From Bacteroidales bacterium (GTDB lineage: Bacteria > Bacteroidota > Bacteroidia > Bacteroidales > VadinHA17): a DNA stretch of 64,000 nt. The DNA lies in contig WOYX01000009.1 in NCBI GenBank assembly GCA_011620595.1, positions 2,069 through 66,068 on the forward strand. Direction: 5' to 3'. A program made the translations under genes and the position numbers. Shown here in pieces: positions 1 to 7,409 of the stretch; position 1 is the first letter of the stretch, and each line of letters opens with the position of its first letter. Under the pieces are notes generated by a model, which saw only the letters and a program-made list of their open reading frames with translations, was not told where the DNA came from and made no database searches.

Positions 1-216
1 GCATGGGAGCAGTACAGGCTGCAAAAAGAGAACATAGAGATTGCATCACGCGTCCTCAAAAGCTTCGAGAACAAATACAACCAGGGGATGGCCTCGAGCC
101 TTGACCTGACCCAGGCCAACAACAACTACCTGACAGCGCAGAACAACTATCTCTCTGCCCTCATGAACCTTCTGCAGACCAGGGTGGCTTTCAACAAGCT
201 GATGAACAACCTTTAA
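1..216 (+). CDS. Outer-membrane efflux channel, TolC/OprM family (C-terminal fragment; 5' end off-window)
   Basis: Frame 1 is open from the window edge to TAA at 214-216. The translation ...NQGMASSLDLTQANNNYLTAQNNYLSALMNLLQTRVAFNKLMNNL looks like the C-terminal helices of TolC-type proteins. It lies directly upstream of the MFP and RND genes. Confidence 0.75.
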   Translation, partial: AWEQYRLQKENIEIASRVLKSFENKYNQGMASSLDLTQANNNYLTAQNNYLSALMNLLQTRVAFNKLMNNL

Positions 217-244
217 TGAGTAACTAATACAACAACATCATACA

Positions 245-1294
245 ATGAACCGAAACATTATTCCAATAATCCTTGCCGGTGCCATGATCATGGCATCGTG
301 CAACCGGCAGGGCCAGCCTGCCGCCGGTCAGGCAGAAGCAGACAGCCTGGCAGCAGCAATACCCGTCAGGGTCATGCCGGTCGCAAAGACAGCCATAACC
401 CGCACAATAGACTACACCGGCACCATACAGGCCTATGAGGAGGTCAACCTGGCACCCTCGACCCCCGGCCGGGTGGACAGGATCTACGTTGAAGTAGGTG
501 ACCGGGTACAGAAGGGACAGCAACTCTTTCTGATGGATCGTACGCAATATTATGCCAACAAGATACAGCTCGCCAACCTCGAGAAGGACCTGGCGCGCCT
601 CGACACGCTTCTGAAGGTGGGAAGCGTAAAAGAGCAGACCTATGATCAGACCAGGGCGCAGTATGAAGTGATGAAGGCCAATGTCGACTTCATGGAGGAG
701 AACACCCTTCTGGAGGCTCCGTTCAGCGGCCTGATCACCGGCAAGTACCTCGAAGACGGGGAACTTTATTCGGGTGCTCCGGGAATGTCAGGTAAGTCAG
801 CCGTTGTTACCCTGATGCAGATCAACCCGGTGAAGATAATAGTCAGTATCTCCGAAAGGTATTTTCCCCTCATCAGGAACGGCATGAAAGTGAGGGTGGT
901 GGCTGATGTCTATCCTGATAAAAATTTCGAGGGTACCATCTTCAGGGTGCATCCCACCATTGATGCAATGTCGCGTTCCTTCCGTGCCGAGGTGCGCATC
1001 AGCAACGGCAGCGAGTTGCTTCGCCCCGGGATGTTCGCAAGAGCCTTCATAGACATGGGCCGTGAGGAGGCCATCATGGTCCCGGCCAACGCCGTCCTGA
1101 TGCAGGAGGGCACCAATGAGAGGTTCATCTTTGTGGTAGAGAACGGCGTCGCTGTAAGAAGACCCATAATCCTGGGACAGAGGTTTGATGACAACTTTGA
1201 GATTGCCGACGGCGACCTTAAGGAAGGTGACCTCCTTGTCATTGACGGCCAGGCACGGCTCAACAATGGACAGAAGGTGGAAGTATCAAGATGA
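245..1294 (+). CDS. Efflux RND periplasmic adaptor (membrane-fusion protein, HlyD family), probable lipoprotein
   Basis: 349 aa. The N-terminal signal has a Cys (IMASC). It has a coiled-coil plus beta-barrel MFP-like sequence and sits between the TolC-like and RND genes. Confidence 0.9.
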   Translation: MNRNIIPIILAGAMIMASCNRQGQPAAGQAEADSLAAAIPVRVMPVAKTAITRTIDYTGTIQAYEEVNLAPSTPGRVDRIYVEVGDRVQKGQQLFLMDRTQYYANKIQLANLEKDLARLDTLLKVGSVKEQTYDQTRAQYEVMKANVDFMEENTLLEAPFSGLITGKYLEDGELYSGAPGMSGKSAVVTLMQINPVKIIVSISERYFPLIRNGMKVRVVADVYPDKNFEGTIFRVHPTIDAMSRSFRAEVRISNGSELLRPGMFARAFIDMGREEAIMVPANAVLMQEGTNERFIFVVENGVAVRRPIILGQRFDDNFEIADGDLKEGDLLVIDGQARLNNGQKVEVSR

Positions 1295-1320
1295 GTACAA
1301 ACAAGAGACAATTTTAGATT

Positions 1321-4300
1321 ATGAGTATATATGCCAGTGCAGTAAGGAGACCCGTAACCACCATCCTGATCTTCGTCATCACGATAGTCATAGGGCTTTA
1401 TTCCCTGACACAGCTGCCAATCGACCTCTTCCCTGAGGTTGAGCTCCCCTACCTGTCGGTTTTTACCAGCTACCCGGGTGCCAGTGCGGCAGATATTGAA
1501 ACGAATATAACCCGTCCCCTGGAGGACGCCCTCAACTCTGTCACAGATCTGAAGGAGATAACTTCCCGGTCCAGCGATAACATTTCGGTCATTTTTATGG
1601 AATTTGAATACGAAACTAACCTGGATGAGGCATCGAATGATGTGAGGAGTTCTCTTTCCTTGATCCAGAGCTTCCTTCCTGAAGATGCCGAGGACCCGAC
1701 AATCCTCAAGTTCAACTCGAGCATGATGCCTATCATCTTCTATGCCATCACCGCGGAGGAGAGCTACAGGGGACTTGAGAAGATACTTGACGAGAAACTG
1801 GTCAACCCTCTGAACCGCATCGACGGAGTGGGTAACGTTGTACTGGCAGGAGTACCGGGGAGAGAGATCTATGTTGAGGTAGACCCGCGGCGCATGGAAG
1901 CCTATAATCTTACCATAGAGCAGATAGGTAATGTGCTAAGGGCTGAGAACCTGAACATGCCCGTTGGATACCTGGAGATGGGAAGGATGGACTACCCGAT
2001 CAGGATCCAGGGCGAGTTTGCCGAAAGTAACCAGATTGCAGATGTAATCGTAGGCAACTATAACGGCAACAATGTTTTCCTGAGAGACGTCGCCACGGTC
2101 AATGACACAATCAGGGAGACCAAACTGGTGTCAAAAATCGACGGCAGCCAGGGAATGACCCTCTTCGTGATGAAGATGTCAGGTGCCAACAGTGTTCAGA
2201 TATGCCATGAGGTGGACAGAGAGATTAATAGGCTTCAGAAGAATCTGCCTCCGGATATCGGCATCAAAAAAATAATGGATACCTCAGAGTTCATCCAGGG
2301 ATCCATCAACAACCTGACTGAGACTCTGATGTATGCCGGGATCTTTGTGGTACTGGTGGTCCTCTTCTTCCTCGGCAGGTGGCGCGCGACGCTCATCGTC
2401 ATCCTTACAATACCCATATCGCTGCTGGTGGCCTTCATTTATATCTTCCTGACGGGAAGCTCAGTCAACGTCATCTCGCTTTCGTCACTCTCAATTGCCA
2501 TCGGCATGGTGGTTGATGACGCAATTGTGGTGCTCGAGAATATCACCAAGCATATAGAGCGCGGCAGCCGCCCGCGTGAGGCAGCAATCTACGCAAGCAA
2601 TGAGGTGTGGCTGGCAGTAATTGTCACTACCCTTACGGTTGTGGCGGTGTTCCTTCCCCTGACCTTCGTCAGTGGACTCACGGGAGTGCTCTTTGCACAG
2701 CTTGGGTGGATCGTTTCCATAACGATAATCACGTCAACCCTGGCCGCCATCACCCTTACTCCGACTCTCAGCTCACTGCTGCTCCGGGTCAGACCGATAA
2801 AGGAGAATGCCCCGCTCTGGACATGGGACGGTTCGATTCACAAGTTCCTGAAGTGGCTTGACGAATTTTATGTGAAGACCCTATCATGGGTGCTTTATCA
2901 CAAGAAATTCGTGATCGCTGTTGCAATTGTGATATTTGCAGGGTCCATGTTCCTGTTTAAATTTATCGGCACGGAATTCATGCCTGCTGCCGATGAGTCA
3001 CGGGTGTCTGCTACTGTCGAACTTCAGACCGGCACCAGGGTGACAGAAACGGAAAAGGTTGCTGACAGGATCGATTCAATCGTCAGGGCACAGATACCTG
3101 AAATTAAACTTGTTTCGATGTCCGTTGGTACCGATGACAACGGAGGGGTATCCTCGCTCTTCAGCCAGGGCGGTACCCATGTGGCAACATACACCTTTGC
3201 CCTTCTTGACGTGGGAGATAGAGACAAATCGGCTGAGGAGGTGGCCGAGGAGATACGCCGGATCATTGCCCCGATGCCCGAGGTGATTAACTTCTCGGTG
3301 CTGGCCGATGCCGGCGGTATGGGAGCCATGGGCGGAGGCAACACTGTTGACATTGAGATATACGGCTTCGACATAGCCCAGACGAACCTGCTGGCTGAAC
3401 AGTTGGCTGAAAGGGTAAAAAAGATCCCCGGTGCAACCAACGTGGATATAAGCCGCGACAAATCCAAACCGGAGCTACAGATCATCCTTGACCCGGACAA
3501 GCTCCTGAGGTACGGACTGACAACCGCGCAGGTGTCGACGATGATCAGGAACCGTGTTGACGGCCTCACCGCCACCCGTCTCCGCCAGTACGGCGATGAG
3601 TATGATGTCATCGTCAGATACAAGGAGTCGGCGCGAAACTCTATCACGGAAGTGCAGAACATTGGAGTGGCGCTTCCTTCAGGTCAGGTCATAAGGCTGG
3701 GTGAGATAGCGCAGGTCAGGGAATTCTGGTCTCCGCCCACTATAGAGCGAAAACGCAAGGAGCGCATCGTGACTGTGTCAGTGACTCCCTACAAGAGGGC
3801 GCTGAACCTTATCGTGGCTGACATCCAGAAGGAGCTTGACAGCCTGACTATCCCCTCCGGTGTGATGGTTGAGATATCAGGAGCCTTTGAAGATATGACA
3901 GAATCATTCATAGACATAGGGTTGCTGATGGTCGTTTCGCTGATACTGGTATACCTGGTAATGGCATCACAGTTTGAGTCGCTGAAGATGCCTGTGATCA
4001 TCATGCTCGCGATACCGTTTGCCTTCTCGGGAGTCGCTATAGCGCTCTTCCTGACCGGTACCAAGCTCAGTCTTATCGCCGGCATTGGCGCAATAATGCT
4101 GATAGGTATCGTGGTGAAGAATGCCATTGTACTGGTTGACTTCACCAACCTCACCCGAGACAGGGGTGTGGAGCTCTACCAGGCAGTGCTTGACTCGGGC
4201 CGTTCAAGGCTGAGACCTGTGCTGATGACCTCAATGACCACCATTCTGGCGATGCTTCCTCTGGCCATTAATCCCGGCGAAGGATCCGAGTTGTGGCAGC

Positions 4301-4482
4301 CGATGGGTATTGCAATAATAGGAGGACTGGTCTTCTCGACCATCGTAACGATGGTGCTGGTTCCAGTGGGCTATGTGCTCATGGCACGCCATGGCGAGAG
4401 AGATAAAAAACACAAGATGGCATTCAGGGATATGAAGTTTCTGGATGACATAAAGGCTAACCATCAAAATCCGGAAGCATGA
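1321..4482 (+). CDS. Efflux RND transporter permease (AcrB/HAE-like)
   Basis: 1053 aa. The N-terminus AVRRPVTTILIFVITIVIGLYSLTQLPIDLFPEVELP is typical of AcrB-family pumps, with a 12-TM layout and two large periplasmic loops. Confidence 0.95.
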   Translation: MSIYASAVRRPVTTILIFVITIVIGLYSLTQLPIDLFPEVELPYLSVFTSYPGASAADIETNITRPLEDALNSVTDLKEITSRSSDNISVIFMEFEYETNLDEASNDVRSSLSLIQSFLPEDAEDPTILKFNSSMMPIIFYAITAEESYRGLEKILDEKLVNPLNRIDGVGNVVLAGVPGREIYVEVDPRRMEAYNLTIEQIGNVLRAENLNMPVGYLEMGRMDYPIRIQGEFAESNQIADVIVGNYNGNNVFLRDVATVNDTIRETKLVSKIDGSQGMTLFVMKMSGANSVQICHEVDREINRLQKNLPPDIGIKKIMDTSEFIQGSINNLTETLMYAGIFVVLVVLFFLGRWRATLIVILTIPISLLVAFIYIFLTGSSVNVISLSSLSIAIGMVVDDAIVVLENITKHIERGSRPREAAIYASNEVWLAVIVTTLTVVAVFLPLTFVSGLTGVLFAQLGWIVSITIITSTLAAITLTPTLSSLLLRVRPIKENAPLWTWDGSIHKFLKWLDEFYVKTLSWVLYHKKFVIAVAIVIFAGSMFLFKFIGTEFMPAADESRVSATVELQTGTRVTETEKVADRIDSIVRAQIPEIKLVSMSVGTDDNGGVSSLFSQGGTHVATYTFALLDVGDRDKSAEEVAEEIRRIIAPMPEVINFSVLADAGGMGAMGGGNTVDIEIYGFDIAQTNLLAEQLAERVKKIPGATNVDISRDKSKPELQIILDPDKLLRYGLTTAQVSTMIRNRVDGLTATRLRQYGDEYDVIVRYKESARNSITEVQNIGVALPSGQVIRLGEIAQVREFWSPPTIERKRKERIVTVSVTPYKRALNLIVADIQKELDSLTIPSGVMVEISGAFEDMTESFIDIGLLMVVSLILVYLVMASQFESLKMPVIIMLAIPFAFSGVAIALFLTGTKLSLIAGIGAIMLIGIVVKNAIVLVDFTNLTRDRGVELYQAVLDSGRSRLRPVLMTSMTTILAMLPLAINPGEGSELWQPMGIAIIGGLVFSTIVTMVLVPVGYVLMARHGERDKKHKMAFRDMKFLDDIKANHQNPEA

Positions 4483-4546
4483 AACCAACATGTTATTCAA
4501 GCGCATACAAGTATGCAGTTGTTTACCAAACATGTGGGTTCTATTT

Positions 4547-4630
4547 GACCAATGAAACTTACATGAGCAATAACTCGCAAAAAACAAAGATTATATACTG
4601 CATGTAAGTTCCATTCGACCAATAAGATAA
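4547..4630 (+). promoter_or_regulatory. Conserved inverted-repeat element, copy A (arms ATGAAACTTACATGAGC and ATGTAAGTTCCATTCGACCAATAAGATAA)
   Basis: Arm 1 at 4552-4568 is 17/17 identical to 7315-7331. Arm 2 at 4602-4630 is 27/29 identical to 7366-7394. The arms are complementary in 12 of 13 nt. The arm-to-arm offset is 50 nt here and 51 nt in copy B, while the loops differ in sequence. Confidence 0.6.
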
Positions 4631-4669
4631 TAATCAAATAACCGAATGAAACAATAATAAAATAATCGG

Positions 4670-4963
4670 ATGAAAGCTGTAATGATAATATATAACCTTG
4701 CCCTGACTGAGAAGATTGAGTACGCCCTTGAACAGCTGGGCATCAGGGGCTATACACAGTGGGACAATGTTGAAGGAGTCGGCAGCCTTACCGGGGCGCC
4801 CCACCTCGGCACTCACACCTGGCCAGAGATCAACGGTGTCACCCTCACCTTTGTTGACGAAGAGAAGGTGTCCCAGCTGCTTGAGGCTGTAAAACGCATT
4901 GACGCCATAAACACCGAGGTGGGCATCAGGGCATTCGTCTGGGCGGTGGAGCAGGCAGTGTGA
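4670..4963 (+). CDS. Small P-II/GlnB-like protein of the kind that trails RND efflux operons (transporter-associated, function unknown)
   Basis: 97 aa. MKAVMIIYNLALTEKIEYALEQLGIRGYTQWDNVEGVG shows a beta-alpha-beta P-II-like pattern. It is located 188 nt after the RND gene. Confidence 0.65.
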   Translation: MKAVMIIYNLALTEKIEYALEQLGIRGYTQWDNVEGVGSLTGAPHLGTHTWPEINGVTLTFVDEEKVSQLLEAVKRIDAINTEVGIRAFVWAVEQAV

Positions 4964-5065
4964 AGTCTTTATAAACGGAAATAACTCCGGCCGATTATTT
5001 CATAGCGCCAGGCAGCCTGGGGTATACGTGAAGTCTGAGGCAGCCTGCCGCGACCAATTAAAATT

Positions 5066-5155
5066 AAAGAGTAACGACGCTCCCCGCGGGCTGATGTAAT
5101 TCGCTGAATAATAAGATGTAACGACGTCCCGCAAGGGCGTCGTTACTCTTTAATG
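5066..5155 (+). terminator. Hairpin set with mutually exclusive pairings (terminator-like GNRA hairpin 5118-5151 plus an upstream competing arm 5066-5080)
   Basis: aaagagtaacgacgc (5066-5080) is the perfect reverse complement of gcgtcgttactcttt (5137-5151). A second copy, gtaacgacg-tccc (5118-5130), pairs with the same 3' arm around a gcaa loop. A weak U-tract (tcttt) follows. Confidence 0.4.
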
Positions 5156-5252
5156 CACATTCCCGGCGTTATGTTTTGCAGCATTTTTATTTCCGAAAGG
5201 AATAATTTCTATTTTTATGGCGGAAGAATCACCAATCTTAAAACACAAAATC

Positions 5253-5690
5253 ATGTCGAAATTTATTTCTCTCTTTTCACTGCTCATTTTCCTGGTTTTG
5301 GCAACATCATGCACAAATACCAGGGGAGATCAGAAAGTCACAGCTTCTGAAGCTCCCGTTGCAATAAAATCAGATGCAAAGCTTAACCCCGACCTTGATG
5401 CCAAACTCGGTTCGTGGCTGAAAAAAGATGTTGAGTGCTACGGTATCGTTGTAGGCTATTTTGCTGACGGCAGCACACTGGGTAAATCGGTCAAATGTCG
5501 GGTAGTGGCCATCAAGCCTGACAAGATCAAGATGAAGACCATTGAGAGCGTCAGCCTCCTCCCGGGAGAGGGATGCGACAAGATGGGGCTGGCCTATGGC
5601 GACACCTGGTGGGAGGAAGAGGGAGATATCTTCCGTACCCGCGAAGAGGCAGAAACCTATATCAGGGAGAAGGGCTGGACTGCAAAGTAG
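5253..5690 (+). CDS. Small lipoprotein, function unknown
   Basis: The internal ATG gives MSKFISLFSLLIFLVLATSC, a signal peptide with a lipobox Cys. It sits upstream of the ECF sigma gene on the same strand. Confidence 0.6.
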   Translation: MSKFISLFSLLIFLVLATSCTNTRGDQKVTASEAPVAIKSDAKLNPDLDAKLGSWLKKDVECYGIVVGYFADGSTLGKSVKCRVVAIKPDKIKMKTIESVSLLPGEGCDKMGLAYGDTWWEEEGDIFRTREEAETYIREKGWTAK

Positions 5691-5755
5691 TCTTGGAAAG
5701 CAGCTTTTCATTATGTTAGTTATAATCCCGCTTCTTTATCTGTACACCATCTGGG

Positions 5756-6367
5756 ATGAGTGATCAGGAACTGGTAAAGGCCGTTATCAGGGGAGATAAC
5801 AGTGCCATGCGCGACCTGATATCCAAATATCAGGAGCTGGTGCTGAACACCTGTTATAAGGTCTTACAGTCACGGGAAGATGCCGAGGATATTGCCCAGG
5901 AGGTATTTATAGAGACATACCGCTCCGCTGCGGGTCTGCGGTACGAGGATGACATATCATTCTGGCTATACCGCATCTCACTTAACAAGTCGATAAATCA
6001 CCTCAAGCGATCGCAAAATATACTCTTCCGTTCGCTGATGCAGATAGAGTCTCTCTTCCATCATGATAATGCCAGGAACGTGTTTCCGGAACCGCATTCA
6101 GATGACCATCCGGGCGAAAGCCTGGAAGCAGCCGAGAGGGATGAGATTGTTAAAAAGGCTGTGGCAACCCTGCCGGCAAACCAGCAGAAAGCCTTTATCC
6201 TTTTTTACTACGAGGAGCTTTCCTATAAAGAGATAAGCAACGTGCTGGGACTGTCGGTAGCATCGGTTGAATCACTTCTTTTCCGTGCGCGTGAAAACCT
6301 GAAGAAAAGATGCTGTCCCGACCATCCGAAAAAAAAGGAATCTAAAACTTCAAATCATGATACCTGA
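5756..6367 (+). CDS. ECF (sigma-70 family, group 4) RNA polymerase sigma factor
   Basis: 203 aa. Region 2 is EDAEDIAQEVFIETYR...WLYRISLN. The region 4 HTH is SYKEISNVLGLSVASVESLLFRARENLKK. Confidence 0.9.
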   Translation: MSDQELVKAVIRGDNSAMRDLISKYQELVLNTCYKVLQSREDAEDIAQEVFIETYRSAAGLRYEDDISFWLYRISLNKSINHLKRSQNILFRSLMQIESLFHHDNARNVFPEPHSDDHPGESLEAAERDEIVKKAVATLPANQQKAFILFYYEELSYKEISNVLGLSVASVESLLFRARENLKKRCCPDHPKKKESKTSNHDT

Positions 6368-6881
6368 AAAAACCAACAGGATTTTGCTTTGGTTCAACCT
6401 GATCCTGATCCTGATCATCACATCGGCTGTAGTTACTTTCCTGGTAATGAAAAGCGCGGGTGAGAAGCAAACTAATAACCCGGGAGTGATCAATTCCATG
6501 GACATGCTCCGCAAGGAGCTCAGCCTTACTGATGAACAGTACCGGAAAGTTCTGTTGGAGAATGACCGGACAACCCGGACATACAATATTGTCTTTGACA
6601 TGATGTGCGAGACCAATGTGGCAATGATTGAGGAACTGGCAAAGGAGTATAGTGACCCGGCCGTACTTGACAGCCTCTCCAGGAAGGTGGGAACACTCAG
6701 TGCCTCACTCAGAAGGCACACCACCGACTATTTTATGAACCTGAAAAGCATCTGCAATGAGGATCAGCAAAAAGAGCTTACAGAGATCTTCAAGAGAATG
6801 ATGCAGCTCGATGAATTATGCGAGAGCTGCAACAAGAGAGATTGCCCCAGAAGAGAACGGATCAACAACATCGGAAAATAA
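6357..6881 (+). CDS. Membrane-anchored periplasmic LTXXQ protein (Spy/CpxP/CnrX-like, the periplasmic heavy metal sensor family)
   Basis: 174 aa. It has an N-terminal TM (ILLWFNLILILIITSAVVTFLVM), an LSLTDEQYRKV motif and a helical remainder. It overlaps the sigma stop by 11 nt. Confidence 0.6.
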   Translation: MIPEKTNRILLWFNLILILIITSAVVTFLVMKSAGEKQTNNPGVINSMDMLRKELSLTDEQYRKVLLENDRTTRTYNIVFDMMCETNVAMIEELAKEYSDPAVLDSLSRKVGTLSASLRRHTTDYFMNLKSICNEDQQKELTEIFKRMMQLDELCESCNKRDCPRRERINNIGK

Positions 6882-6957
6882 TTTTCTGTAGTGACCGCAG
6901 GTTTCAGGCTCCTCAATTGTCTTTTTATTGAGCGTTCATATTTATTCAAATCAAATC

Positions 6958-7290
6958 ATGACAGATTATTTTTCTGAGCTTGCCAATAACTATAAAGGCA
7001 AGCGAATAGATGTTCCCGACACATTCGCTGACGATGTCATGTCCAGAATTGAGCGACGGAGGGAGGGGGGATTCAGATCTCTGTCGGTGCCTTCGCGGAT
7101 ACTTCTCTCCACAGTGGTGCTGGCAATTTACTGTTCACTGGGAGTCCTGCTGGGATTAAAGTGCTACAGCGACCTTAAACCTGACGGTAACTCATCTTCC
7201 CACGAGGCCCTGGTTGAACTTATGGACTCACACTACATGAGTACAGACCTTCTTCACGATCCGTTCTTCAGAAATTTTGTCTGTAAATAA
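6958..7290 (+). CDS. Small single-pass membrane protein, putative anti-sigma factor
   Basis: ATG at 6958 (the ORF track starts at a TTG at 6928). It has a cytoplasmic N-terminus and a TM (ILLSTVVLAIYCSLGVLLGL). It is the third gene of the sigma module. Confidence 0.5.
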   Translation: MTDYFSELANNYKGKRIDVPDTFADDVMSRIERRREGGFRSLSVPSRILLSTVVLAIYCSLGVLLGLKCYSDLKPDGNSSSHEALVELMDSHYMSTDLLHDPFFRNFVCK

Positions 7291-7314
7291 TTCATTAATA
7301 CATGACTCAACCGG

Positions 7315-7394
7315 ATGAAACTTACATGAGCTGCAACCAACTACAGGATATGGTCACTTTATTATATGTAAGTTCCATTAGACCAATAAAATAA
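7315..7394 (+). promoter_or_regulatory. Conserved inverted-repeat element, copy B
   Basis: It has the same two arms as copy A (7315-7331 and 7366-7394). It lies in the 119-nt gap before the polyferredoxin gene, and arm 2 ends 15 nt before the ATG at 7410. Confidence 0.6.
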
Positions 7395-7409
7395 GAATTT
7401 ACTAATCTG

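Noticed and set aside
4547-7394. Interpretation of the two conserved elements as the terminal inverted repeats of a mobile element bracketing 4.6-7.4 kb
   Set aside because: Each copy is a self-contained hairpin in the same orientation rather than a mirrored pair of ends. No transposase or integrase gene lies between them, and no target-site duplication is visible. A MITE-like origin for each ~85-nt unit cannot be fully excluded without genome-wide copy counts.
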